A DNA stretch of 63,102 nt, counting the filler, from Neolecta irregularis DAH-3 (Eukaryota): NCBI GenBank assembly GCA_001929475.1. It is 12 parts of 12 records of this genome, joined end to end, with 100 filler letters (N's around TTAATTAATTAA, not from the genome) between each part and the next. Parts side by side here need not be neighbours in the genome. Positions count along the whole stretch, not along the records: positions 19,969 to 40,272 come from LXFE01002904.1; 11 more parts are not named here. One strand, written 5' to 3'. Positions 25,447 through 38,899 of the stretch are shown piece after piece. The position numbers and the translations under genes are program-made. Position 1 is the stretch's first letter. Every line of letters begins with the position of its first letter. The notes under the pieces were generated by a model. The model searched no databases and was not told the DNA's origin. It was given only the letters and a program-made list of their open reading frames with translations.

Positions 25447-27041
25447 TCACCGATCTACTTCCCCGAACACGAGCTAAAAATCAGCGACCATGACGTTTGG
25501 AGAAAGATATACATCCATCGTTCCAATGATGGCAACCATATCAGGTAAGTAGTGACCTCTTGCCATATGATCAGCACCCGCCAAATGAGCAAAACCAGGA
25601 GCCCGAATTTTGCATCGGTAAGGTCTTGGACATTAGTATCCATGAGTTCGATCAAATGACATACCGCTCACTTCCATCGGACACCAGGAAAACTCCCATT
25701 TCTCCTTTTGGCGCTTCAATCGCAGAGTATGTTTCACCAGGAGGAACAGCATATCCTTTAGTGAATAATAAGAAATGATGAATCAATGCCCTAGCCATCA
25801 GCAAAACCCTCTCAAACAATGATGAATGCATACTCCATATTCTCCTTCATGGCAGAGCGAGGCGGGGGAGAAATTTTCCAGTCATCAACCTTGACCGGCC
25901 CAGCAGGAATTTTGTTTAGACACTGGTGAATGATCCTAAGACTCTGTCGAAATTCTTCCATTCTGCATAGATATCGATCGTAGCAATCGCCCTTAGTCCC
26001 TACAGGGACATTGAATTCAACTTCTCCGTAGGATTCATAAGGTTGGACCTTACGGATGTCCCAAGGGATGCCGCTGCCACGTAACATCACCCCTGAAAAC
26101 CCATAATTTTGGGCGTCTTCAGCTGTTACTATTCCTATATCCACCGTTCGAATTTTCCATATCCTGTTGTCGGTTAATAGCTCTTCAGTTTCGTCTATGC
26201 GATCTCCAAATTGGGTTGCCCATTGGTAGATATCGTCGAGAAGTCCATAGGGAATATCCTGGGCTACACCTCCTGGCCGAACATATGCAGCATGAAGACG
26301 GGCTCCAGAAACCCGTTCGTAAAACTCCATTAACTTCTCGCCTAACTTTCAGAATTGATTCGCAGACCAACTATACGTTCCTCAAAGCCCCAGAGAAAAG
26401 GTGTCAATGCGCCAACATCCATTGCGTGCGTCAACACCGCCATAAGATGATTTAAAATTCGAGTGATTTCTGCAAACATGGTACGAATCCACTTGGCCCG
26501 AGGGGGAATATCGATATTCAGTAACTTTTCGACAGCGAGGGAAAAGCATTGCTCGTTCGTCATCATCGAGACATAATCTAATCGGTCAAAGTATGGCAGT
26601 GCTTGAAGATATGTCTACTATGTTAATCTCTATACGAAGTTTTGCCGTACTTTATATTCAATCAGTTTTTCTGTCCCACGATGTAGCAGGCCAATATGAG
26701 GGTCAGCTCTCAGGATCTCCTCTCCTTCTAGCTCCAAGATAAGTCTCAACACCCCATGCGCAGCAGGATGCTGAGGACCCTTCGGGATCAGTTTACATAT
26801 AAAGGTTAACGCATACAAAGTTGATGGTGAAATGTTTCATTTTAAAATCTTCTCCTGCAGGATAATCCTGATCATTTTGCTCTTCTTCCCGTAATTGCAT
26901 AGGCTGATAGTCCTTTATTGAAGATTCAAGCGAAGTGGTAGTGGTAAATATACTCGAAGTATTTGAAAAGCTTCTCGAGAAAGCCAAACATTTTTGGGCC
27001 GGCGCTTTGAAAATCCGGCGGCCCAGAAAACGAGAGAACAT
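25447..27041 (-). CDS. NDUFS2: NADH:ubiquinone oxidoreductase 49 kDa subunit
   Basis: [53 protein letters not shown]-terminal VFGEVDR. Confidence 0.97.
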
Positions 27042-27289
27042 GACGGCCTGATGTTGCTGATATGTGCTGGGTTTATGCCATTCACTAGGATACAAGATGC
27101 AACCATCATGGTAGGAACCACCGCTGGTATTCACAAACTTCATCTGGTACATAGCCCCAATGCAATCATGCTAAGAAATACGATTAAGAGACAAAAGCAT
27201 ATGGATATGTATTTGCTAAGAGAGGTAAATATTGGCGCGATAAAGTAGAAAAATGTTTTGATGGCTGCAGCACCCCATCCAAGACAAAC

Positions 27290-28558
27290 ATGAGTAAATC
27301 GAAGCTGGAACGTTCTCGTACAGAAATAGGCATTGAAATAGACAGAGTCACAGATGTATGACTTTCACTTTGACAAGAAAGCTAATTTTAAGGTAACTAG
27401 TACGGATTTTCCTGGTCACTGGCCCGGCGAAGATAATTCATGGGATCTTGAGAAGTTTAAATCGGTTTACAAAGACCATCCTACTATTAGCTAATATATT
27501 AGGTTTTCAAAATTCAGCCCAAGAAATTGGATGGTGATGATTTGGAATTTGATTTGATTCATGTTGATGCCTCAATAGCCAATGCCTTTAGAAGAATTTT
27601 AATCGCAGAGATACCCACCATGGCTATCGAGTACGTTTACGTGGGCAACAACACATCTGTAATTCAGGATGAAGTCCTCGCCCAGAGATTAGGCTTAATT
27701 CCTATTAAAGCCCATCCGGATTTATTTGAATGGTATATCTGTACGTTTTCCTAATTGAAACCAAATTAACAAAATAGCGGCCCCGGAAGGAGAAGACACA
27801 AATCCTACTGATCAGGATACCATTGTCTTGTCGCTGCGTGCTCTCTGTGAACGGAATCCGAATGCAAAGAAGGACGAAACCGATCCACTGAAACTTTACA
27901 GTAACGCGCATAGTAAGTTTGTCCATATCGTTGTAACTCACACAAGTTCTTGCTGGAGATATCAAATGGGAAAGCCAGGGGAGACAAAGTGAATGGTTTG
28001 CCGGAAATCCAATCGATGTCGTCAACAAAGACATCTTGATCGCAAAACTTCGACCTGGCCAGGAGATTGATATCACCATGCATGCGATCAAGGGAATCGG
28101 CAAAGATCACGCCAAATTTTCGCCAGTGTGTACGTTTTTCAACGGCGATTGACTCTGACATCGAAGCAACTGCTTCCTACCGATTATTACCGACAATTCA
28201 TATAACAAGTCCGATCACCGGAGCAGATGCCCGCAAGTTTCAAAAATGTTTCCCCAAAGGTGTGATCGACCTCATAGAAAGAAATGGTGAAAAGGTTGCG
28301 GTCGTTAGAGATACTCGCAAAGACACAGTATCAAGAGAATGTCTTCGCTATGACGAATTCAAAGATAAAGTCAAGCTGGGAAGGATACGGGACCATTTCA
28401 TCTGTATACTCTACTCAAAAAATGACAAATGCTAATTGTTCCAAGTTTCGATAGAGAGCACTGGGATTATGGCACCTGACGAGCTATTTATCAAGAGCGT
28501 GCAGATCTTGCGGGAAAAGTGTCTGAGATTGAAGAGGGATATCGCAGGCGGTATATAA
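27290..28558 (+). CDS. RPC40: RNA polymerase I/III subunit AC40
   Basis: [62 protein letters not shown]. Confidence 0.96.
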
Positions 28559-29231
28559 ATATTATGATAGAGTTTGTAATTAATCTATAATTCCGCCTAA
28601 ACTGGGACACTGCTTCAGTCAACCCCTTGATCATGCACACGAGCTCTCCTTCCCGAAATTTTACCCTGTTTTCCTACCTAATTGGTCATTAGTATTTTAT
28701 TAGAGTAATTTCATACCTCAACGACCAGCCTGTCAACTTCATACATTTTACTAATCGCGCTCTGTCTCTGCATGACTCTTAGGTTATGGATTGCATCCTT
28801 CATAAACTCCTCAATTTTTTCAGGATTTGATTCCTTTTGATGCTGGCGAAATGTATCGCGGGTTTTCCTGATTGCATATTCACGAAAATTATATCCTAGT
28901 GACCCTCAACACATCGCTTAATATTAGAGATCCGTACCTGAAAAATTATTTGCAGAGCGTAAGAGAGACCGGTATATTTGGATCGGGGTTGTCATGTAGG
29001 GCAGTGGTGAAGATTGTTACACCTCGGAATTTTACCCGAATCGAACGGGGCTTGCCCATTAGTGACATCGAGAAAAAATAAAAGGTGTCGCCTGGAGGAT
29101 AAACAACGTTTCATATTACCTGGCAATTAAATTGAGCTAACTTGTGCGTGGCAATTCTAGAAAGAAATCCAGTATATGATCCAACGAAGAACCTTTTTCG
29201 CAGATCCGAACGCTTATGAGAAGACCTATGG

Positions 29232-29310
29232 CCAGACTTGCTAACAAGTAACAAGTCAGACTTGCTTGCTTACTTGTTTATAAGCAAGTAAGCAAGCAAG
29301 TCTGACTTGT
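29232..29310. mobile_element. MITE-like terminus with a 60-bp palindrome
   Basis: 29251-29310 is palindromic with one mismatch; the end CCAGACTTGCTAACAAG recurs inverted at about 45888-45905; fragment also at about 31031-31054. Confidence 0.75.
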
Positions 29311-29522
29311 CGAATCACACCGGTTGTAGCGAGATATTGCAAGGGATTATTGGTCAATAGATTGTCAATTGGTGAGCTTGGTCGTATGACGTCTTAGGTC
29401 ATCGAGACTTATACAAAGAAAATTTGATTATACAGTTGGCTAACTACGAATAGAAAAGAAAGCTCGCGGCTATAAGATAGACGACATGGTCATTGAATGG
29501 CACTAGAACATCAGACGGATTT

Positions 29523-29891
29523 TTAAATCTCAACTTCATACTCATAGGCCGCGATCACAGAACACTTCTGAAAAAAGACAGGATGTTCCGGGGCAAGTTT
29601 GATGTTCTCCAGTTCTTCTTGAAGCCCGATGCATCGGAGTGCAGTACGATCAACTGCCAAAATGAAAGACAAGCAACCTGGCTTTGTGAAGCACTGTTGA
29701 GCACAAATTTCCTGTGGACTTTGTTCCAAGGTAATCCAATCCTGGGGGAATGTAACCCTAGCAAAATGAGGAAAGAAATAGCAGTCTATTTCCTGGGTGA
29801 AAGGTATAGGAACAGATTTGAACCGGTCCATAAACCGGCTTGCAAAGCAAAGCTTTCCGCAAAGGGCGATGAAAAATAAAATCAGTAACAT
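29523..29891 (-). CDS. Small secreted Cys-rich PAN/Apple-like protein (122 aa)
   Basis: Hydrophobic signal MLLILFFIALCG; CAQQCFTKPGCLSF...C pattern shared with the 14210/16503 genes. Confidence 0.7.
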   Translation of the reverse strand: MLLILFFIALCGKLCFASRFMDRFKSVPIPFTQEIDCYFFPHFARVTFPQDWITLEQSPQEICAQQCFTKPGCLSFILAVDRTALRCIGLQEELENIKLAPEHPVFFQKCSVIAAYEYEVEI

Positions 29892-30139
29892 AGTTTGTGA
29901 TAACTAGAGTTGGAAATCTGGCTGTTAGACAGTTTTTTAAAAAGACCAACACTGTTTGTAACACGCAGGTTGTAGCTTAAGGTTTGGGTTCGTAGTTGTA
30001 GTATAGTTGTAATAGATTGGTTAATTATTGGGGAGCAAGGTAGTATTGGACTTCTGGATCTTTGGAGATCAGTATCAGAAGAATTGTAATATGACTGGCT
30101 ATTTAGCAAGAGAGCAAAACGGGCCTCCTTTTATAGCCA

Positions 30140-30880
30140 TTGCTGGCAAGGTAGGTCTACGTGGGGAGAAACAAGAAAAGACAATACCGAGACAGTGCTA
30201 CTGTCTCAGTATTGTCTTTCCTTAAGGTGGTCTTACAGGTCTATGTGGGGAGAAACAAAGAAATACAATACTGAGACAGGGTGGTGGGTCAGAGAGTGCA
30301 TTGCTGGGAGCAGTAGTGTGGGTGTTCTTGTGCCTTGTGGGCTAGAACTCCTATACCAGAATTTAGGTTGACTTTCTGGATAGGCTGCTAGTCACTTAGG
30401 AAGTAAAAAGTCTATTCAAATTGTCGGTTAAAAGCCTGCCCTCCTAGTGAGGTAAAAGCCTGCTATTTATAGTGAAAGAAAAGCCTTTTTTTCTCCTTCT
30501 AAATATCTGTCTAAGACTCTCAAATATTTTTCCTTGAGACAGCGTGGTGTTCTTGACGTTCTGGTCTCAGGGATATTTTCCCTGCTCAATTTGAGTCAGT
30601 GGTCGCCGAGATATAGCCATTAGCATTGCTGTGTCTTGTGTTGGTTGAGCGGCGGAGTCGGAGTGCTTATGGCGCAGATCACATGACGGGTGTCTTGCCA
30701 AAAATGCCGTGGAACCATATTTGGACCAAACTGTCAATAACTCAAGCTGTAGATGCTTGTTTCCGAATTTGGTTGAAGATTTGAGTTACTATTGGGTTCC
30801 TCTACCTTTGGGAGTATGTTGGTGAGCTTGGTGGAAAATATTGTGAGTAGTTTGGAAGATAGTTTGAAGGTTTACCATCT
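30140..30880 (-). mobile_element. Probable solo LTR / LTR-derived repeat
   Basis: About 30530-30830 resembles 39275-39565; part of it is the reverse complement of about 18320-18410, downstream of the Gypsy integrase; boundaries approximate. Confidence 0.65.
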
Positions 30881-31431
30881 TGTGTCTAGTCATTCAATTG
30901 ACTATCCTACAAGGAACCCGTAGCTGCTTTTACGTAGGACTCTGCGGATCATGCTTGTGGGGACCACAAAGCTCCACAGCGCCCAGACGGAAGTAATGGC
31001 TGGATTAGGCCTGTCAGCAGCAGAGGACGGAAGCAAGTAAGCAAGCAAGTCTGGGGATCTCATGCAGGTTCAAATCCTGTTGTCGCTATTGCAACAGGCA
31101 GGCTGCGGTTGTGGAGTTTTAGTAACTTGTCCTGGCATAGCTTTGATAAAATATGATTCTTGTCTTGAACGGATAGATAATTTTCCAGTGTCTTTCAAGT
31201 TTGAATAATAAGTGCACCGCACATTTTAGCATTAGAAAACAGTTGTTCAGATTCCTGTTCAAGCTCTTCATCCGCTTCTTTTAGAGAATATCTTTCAGGT
31301 TTGTATCAGATTCTTCAATTCATCTCGGAATCCAAAAAGGAAACATCTCTGAATGCATCAATCAAAGAAAACTCCATTCTTCATTCCCAATAATTTACAA
31401 AACTCAATTCGCTAGACTCGACGTATATATC

Positions 31432-32132
31432 TCACCTCTCGATATTCTTCAAAACAGCACGAAAAATATCCTCCGTTTGCGTATTTTTGAAGATTTTTAG
31501 TTTCGAATCACCGGCTACGAATCCAGCACATCCAATTCGAACAAGTTGAATTTGATTTAAATCGATCGCAGTATGATACTTTACATACCCCGTCAAACAT
31601 TCCACTAGAGAACCTCTACCTTTTAAGCAACCCTTTTTAAGAAGCAGAATGTTTACCGTTTTTTAAATTCTTCAATGTCGTGTGGTTCTATACTTAGTGT
31701 GATTTTCTTCAAATTTGCGTCAAGAGGTGAATAAGTTAATTCCAAAGGCTTGATAATCGGATTTGCCGACGCCGACGATAAAAAGATATCAAATAGTGAA
31801 ATCAAGATATTTTGCGTAAACTTGAATTCACTTGTTCGACAGTCAAAGTGTGTTGACAGATACTCTAGAATCGTATTTATTACATGTGATGGAGACCGAA
31901 TTAATAGAGTATGCGGGGGAAATAGGTATGACGAGTACGTTGAACTTGGAGTTTGAATGTCTATTTGAATTGCTTTAATCGAGGAAATCTCAATTGGGGA
32001 AAAGACTGCATTATATGAATCGCGGTCAATCAGTACCGATAACTCATTCGCGTAAAACTCGAGCCGAGTTTCGGAAAAGTTGTGCAGAGGGGATATTTTG
32101 TATACCGAGAACGTGGTGTTGTGAATGGTCAT
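31432..32132 (-). CDS. CENP-L/Fta1-like kinetochore subunit
   Basis: N-terminus NTTFSVYKISPLHNF; LEYLSTHFDC; C-terminal exon HTAIDLNQIQLVRIGCAGF..KLKIF; 3' end approximate. Confidence 0.75.
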
Positions 32133-32402
32133 TGATAAATCCTACTCAATCACGCGCCAATACTTTCTTTCTCCCCTTTGGTATATTGCATGAAATTTGG
32201 GGTTTATCAAGGGAACGTATTTGCAAATAATTTTGTAAAAATTTTGTACACAAATTCTTTTACACTCATTTCATGCAAGGGGAGCATTGGAACTTTATTC
32301 GAGGGGGGGGATGGTAAAAACCTCGGCGTTCAGGGTTATCATTCCAAAGACACGAAGCGCCTCGATCGGCATGAGAACACTCCTTTGATCAATTATATAG
32401 AA

Positions 32403-33115
32403 ATGCGCTTTACATACCCGTCTCCTTCAACCATGAAATCTACCCCTCAAAATGTCTTTTCTCGTATTTTTACCGTTTTGCTAGGAGTCGTCATATTATC
32501 GCCGGTATATGGCATTCTGCTGACTTTAATCCTCACGGACCCCGTTACTCGATCGCAAGCGCAGGTTTCATATTTACTGGGTAAAGGCGCCGCGGTAGCC
32601 TTTTTGTATTGCTTAGGTATCACGGGGCTGTATTCTTTCTGGCTTGCTTATTCGCCGTTTAAACTCGAAAAAGAATACCATAAGGTTGTAAATTTTATCC
32701 TTGCTAGTTTTATTGTTTATGCCGGCTTGGCAGAGACTATTTCTTTTATATTATCGGGATACTCGATTCCAGGGACATTTTGGGGCGCAATTGGAATTTG
32801 TACATTCAAACTATCACTCTTTGCGTTTCAAGAATGTATCCATGTCTTTTTCGATGAGGCTGATATCTAGGGGTGGACTTTGATTCGTTTGAATATTGGA
32901 TTTCTATAAATATTCTGGGTGGATTGGCCGGTGCTACTTTTCTTGCACTTGTCGTTGCGTTACATGGAATACAGCTGACGAGTGTGACCAACCTCTATCT
33001 CATTGGTATTCACGAGGGGACTATCTCGGGTATATTCTCAGAGATGGCAAGGAGACGTCTGTCGGATAGAGATGTGACCGAGGGGTACGTACTGTTATCT
33101 GAGAAAGGGGTATGA
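32403..33115 (+). CDS. Hypothetical multi-pass membrane protein
   Basis: Several TM-like segments; short intron near 32837-32870. Confidence 0.6.
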
Positions 33116-33134
33116 TTGCATAAAATGAATAAAA

Positions 33135-33989
33135 TCATTCAGGTAAATCTGGTGAAGCAAACGCCAATGTGACTGTACTATCGACTCGTCTGTCGTAGAA
33201 GCCAAAGGTCCAGAGGATTAGCTTGACAAACCGGTAAACAAAAACGCCGCATATCCTCCAAAAGATCCTTCTGATGAGGATATAAGCGCAGACGCAGCAA
33301 AAGAAGGCAAGAGAGAGATAAACCATCCATCTGTCCCACCAATCCTGTTTTTCTAGTTCTCTAATGAGTTTTTTGGAGCCGAGGAGTAGGGTATGAAAGT
33401 GGGAGTAGGAGTGCTGGAGATGCTCGAGTGTTTTTGAAGAAGATTCAAGGACCTGGGAGGTAAATGCGGATTTTTCGAGTTCTGTAGTCATGAGGGCATG
33501 TGTGCGTCTGAGCGATGTTGTTACGTCAGAGGCTGCAGACAGGGCGGTGTCGTGGCTTGTTGTCAGCGCAAAAGGAGTCGAGCGATACGTTCTGTGGCGG
33601 AGGGAGGAGCCGAGGAGGGAGTCGCGGCTAGCTTTTAGGGTGGAGTGCTCAGACTGGAGAAGGGCGCGGCGGTAGTTGCGGCGGGCGCTGCAAGTGAGAA
33701 GCGCGGCCAGGACGGCATACATGCGGACATCGTCAGCCAGGGCAGCGAGCTGGAGGGGCGTGGCAGAAAGGAAGACATGGGTGTTGAGTGCCTGTAATTC
33801 CTGCGGGTTAATTACCCATCTGATGACGTGAAATACGGCGAGCTGCGAGTCGAGCATTCCGAGGGCATCGCGGATGGAGGCAACAAGAGCAGAGCGCGAG
33901 TGCTGGCTCGATTGCAAGCGGGCAAGTTTTGCGATTTGGTTCTGGATGTCGCGCAGGGCATTGCAGAGGGCGGTGTATGCAGGTGCCAT
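33135..33989 (-). CDS. SEC20: ER SNARE Sec20
   Basis: DVTTSLRRTHALMTTELEKS..LESSS..L..LEKQDWWDR followed by a C-terminal TM. Confidence 0.9.
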   Translation of the reverse strand: MAPAYTALCNALRDIQNQIAKLARLQSSQHSRSALVASIRDALGMLDSQLAVFHVIRWVINPQELQALNTHVFLSATPLQLAALADDVRMYAVLAALLTCSARRNYRRALLQSEHSTLKASRDSLLGSSLRHRTYRSTPFALTTSHDTALSAASDVTTSLRRTHALMTTELEKSAFTSQVLESSSKTLEHLQHSYSHFHTLLLGSKKLIRELEKQDWWDRWMVYLSLAFFCCVCAYILIRRIFWRICGVFVYRFVKLILWTFGFYDRRVDSTVTLAFASPDLPE

Positions 33990-34150
33990 TCGGTGGGGTC
34001 ACTTTTGCGGTATGTGGGTCTGGTGGAGTCAATTTTGCGGGTATGATGGAGTCAATTGCGAGTATGGGGGACTGGTGGAGTCAAATTCGCGGGCATGGGG
34101 GTGCCATTTGGTGGTCACTTTTGTGGGCTCATTTTGTGGAGTCAGTTTTA
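33990..34150. repeat. Degenerate short direct repeats (GGAGTCAATTTTGCGG-like) in the SEC20 upstream region
   Basis: About 6 variants of G(G/T)AGTCA(A/C)TTTTG. Confidence 0.65.
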
Positions 34151-34167
34151 TGTACCAACTAGATTTA

Positions 34168-35424
<1,257 letters not shown>

Positions 35425-35577
35425 TGTGCGTGAGGGCAGCGCAAGAGCCGTGCTAGGGCAGAGGCGAGGGGGGAGCAGAGGCGACGGTGGGACCAGAGGC
35501 GACAGCGGGACCAGATGCGACGGTGCTGGGAGCAGGTAGTGCGCGCCGGGTTATTGCCCTTGCCGCACCCCGGAATT

Positions 35578-35821
35578 AATCGCCATGTCTTGACCTGAAC
35601 GTGCCGCCGCCCCAGCCAATCGCCATGTTCTGACTGCCTTCACCGCCATGTTCTGACTGCCTTCACCGCCATGTTCTACTGCCCTTCAGCCGCAACCTGC
35701 CCTTCAACCGCGATATTCTGACTGCCCTTCAACTTCTGACTGGTCAACCGCGATATTCTGACTGCCCCCAACCGCTATCCCCTACCCGCTATATTCCCTC
35801 ACCGCCCTGTTCCTCACCGCC
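35578..35821 (+). repeat. Degenerate tandem copies of the RPP1 start context (CGCCATGTTCTGACTGCC)
   Basis: Repeated CGCCATGTTCT / CCGCGATATTCTGACTGCC units directly upstream of ATG 35822. Confidence 0.75.
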
Positions 35822-36687
35822 ATGTTCTATGACCTGAACGTGCCGCACTCGCCGCACCCGGCCGTACTCGGGCACACGCTCGCCCTGCTGGCACACTGCA
35901 CCGCCCGCCGCTGCCGCTCTGCGCTGACTGCCAGTGCGCTACTCGGTCGTCGCCCTCAACCACACGCACTGCGGCCCCCTGCCGGCCCTTCTCGTACGCG
36001 CCCGGCCGGCCCTGCTAAGCGTAGCCTGCCCCGCCGCCGCCGCTACCGCCGCCGCCGCCCACCGTCACCGTGCTCTCCAGGCTCACCGTCGTGCTGCAGG
36101 AGCCCGGCGACACGCTCAACCTCGCCGCCGCCGCCCGCGCCTTCGACATCCTCGCCGCGCGCCCGCTGACGGAAAAGCTGCTGCACACCGCGTGCACGGC
36201 GCTCGACATCGACCTTGTCTCGCTCGACCTGTCGCAGCGGCTGCCCTTCGTCCTGCGCCACAGCACGCTCGCCGCCGCCCTCGCCCGCGGCGTCTGCTTC
36301 GAAATCTGCTACGCCGCCGCCCTCGACGACCCCGCCGCCCGCAGGCAGCTCGTCAGCAACGCCGCCGCCCTCGTCAGAGCGACACGCGGCCGCGGCATCG
36401 TCGTCTCCTCGCAGGCCAGGCGCGTCTTGGACTGCAGAGGCCCCTACGACGTCATCAATCTCGCCTGTCTGTGGGGGCTGAAGCAGGACCGCGCCAGGCA
36501 CGCCATCGGCCTCGCTGCACGAGCGGTCGTGCTCCACGCAGAAACCCGGAGAAATACCTTCAAGGGCGTCATAAAAGTCGTAGAGCAGGGCACAGCCCTC
36601 AAAAGAAAGGCCGTGGAATCAAATGCCTCGGCAAACACAAAAAAGTCAAAGGTCCGTCAAATGCCCTATTATTCTACAAACTCTTAA
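35822..36687 (+). CDS. RPP1: RNase P/MRP subunit p30 (Rpp1)
   Basis: MFYDLNV..L|RYSVVALNH; FDILAARP; DIDLVSLD; GVCFEICY; RGPYDVINL; introns 35898-35934 and 35994-36024. Confidence 0.93.
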
Positions 36688-38278
36688 CTCTAGGCCCGTA
36701 AGGTATTGTAAAGCATTTGATCCCAAGGAATTCCGTAATATTAGAAATTACTAGCGTCGCCCATCGAAAATATCCACTTGCTGCAAAAAGGAAATAACAC
36801 CGTAAATACGCAACCTCTTGGCCTTGCAAAATGGTTCTTTTTGTAAAAAATATGTCTCCTGGGGCGGCCATACATTCCAATGAGCGGTGTATTAACAAGT
36901 AGAGCCCCAATGACCAAAGGTATCATTAGTACGGTATAGTAAGGAAACTTTTGTCTGGTTAAATGTGCCTTTTGTCAGCCGGTGTAACATTGAAATTAAT
37001 CTACCAAAATAATCTTTGTCGTCATTCTGCCAAAGCAGAATGCCTGTGTGCATATAAACAGTAAAAGATGATTGTTTGCTAGCAATATCGAGTATGGACT
37101 GAATAACCATCCCATGCACGAGCTGCAAAATATAACAAGCGGTAATGTTTGTTTCATCACTCGACAGAGCGATTTGTTGCGATCCATCCGAGCTCGATAT
37201 ACGTTGAATATACTCAGCCGTCAACATTGCAATCCGAGACGGATACCATGTAGGAATAGCCACTCCAAACAGCATAAACAGTGTGGCATACAAGAAAAGG
37301 TCATGCAATGTCGCCCTTGGAAATAAACCATCCCCACCGAAAATCATATGAGCCGGCGTTCTCCAAATCTCTGGGCCTGATTGTTAACAACGATAAACTG
37401 GGAGCAATACCCCATACAGCGGAAACCAGCATACACAAGCATGCAATAATGATTCCTTCACACGGACCATTCAGGTACCCAAGATAAAGCACACTGAAAA
37501 GAATGAGCAAGCGTTACCTAGTATTTGAATACCCAGTGTGGTATTGCTCCCAGCTGGACAGATACATGGGCACACAGGATACTATACACACAAAAGCACC
37601 AGATTTAGTTGACCCGAAACCAAGAGCAGCACATTGAAGAAATCCAGCTATACATAAGCCGAGCCAAACGAGACAATACCAAACAGACAATTCAGAGAAT
37701 CTATTCCGTGATCAAACAACTTGAAGTCAAATATATCGAATATGAAACGTACCTCTCCCAACGGTGAACTGCTTTTCGTCCGCCTAGCTTGTTTCCCGTC
37801 GACATTATCTACCCTTAAAAATCTTTTTCAAATAGAAACACCATACCAAAAGTACTATAAAGCCATAACCCAGCTGGAAAAGCCCAGTATAACCACCTGG
37901 GCCCAGGTCCAACTAAATCAGGAATCCAAATAAACGCAAACAATAAATCCAACAGGACAAATCCTAATCCACATAATGTAATTAAATTAGGTCTTGAGAA
38001 TCACTTCCGCGGAGGGAAAAAGGAGGGAGATACGCTACCCATAGAGGGAATAGTTGAGTTACTGCGTTCCAGTATGGTCGAAGGATATAATTCGATATAG
38101 GACTTTTATCGACGCCTCTATATTGATACGATCTTTAGAATTTAGTCATGCGATTATGGTAGGTATACTTTAAATGTTCAAGAGCCTCGAGACTAACACA
38201 CTCTGCGCGCGCCTCATCTGGATTTTTCCTATTAGCTTTCGATAGTAAAACTGGGGTCGTATCTGTGGAAAGTTTCAT
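36674..38278 (-). CDS. EPT1: Choline/ethanolamine phosphotransferase (CDP-alcohol phosphatidyltransferase)
   Basis: [60 protein letters not shown]. Confidence 0.9.
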
Positions 38279-38899
38279 GGCTGGGTGGGTGACTGAGTGG
38301 CTGTATTTTGATTTTTGAGGTTGAATCAAACCCCGATTTTAATGGAATATAACACAGGAATCGCAAGTCAATACAATACAATACTACTATTTAAGAAGAT
38401 GAAAAAGATACATGTTGAATATGAAACTAAAAATTTATATCAATTATCGACAACCGACTTCCTTAGCTGCTTCTCTGTTCCCCTAGTTCACTGTGAAGGT
38501 AAGTCAAGGCGCTCGGTGTTCCGATATCATCTAAAATGATCAAAAACTATTCACTCTACTTGCAAGGCTGGCTTACCAACAGTCCGACGTCGAGTTCTCT
38601 GAGAAGGAACAACAGAATATATTCTCAAAGCATAATCCTGATGAACAGGTGCTCCATGCAGTGGCATTCCTACAAATCTAAAGAATATAAATTATCTGTT
38701 CAATTGTAGTTTAAACACACAGAGTGCACAAAAATAGGAACTCCGTCGATTGAATGGAATAATGGTCGCATTCCAGGAGCTTGGCACACTGTTGAAGACA
38801 ATATTTTTCCGGGTTTGTTACATCATCAGGTACCTCTATGCTCGATATAGAATTAGTCTTACCAATAGAATCTTGTCCATCATATATAAGAAGACCCTA

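Noticed and set aside
35934..36701. Long alternative-frame and antisense ORFs over RPP1 (and over 3445-4006)
   Set aside because: By-product of very high GC and few stop codons; no recognisable protein features.
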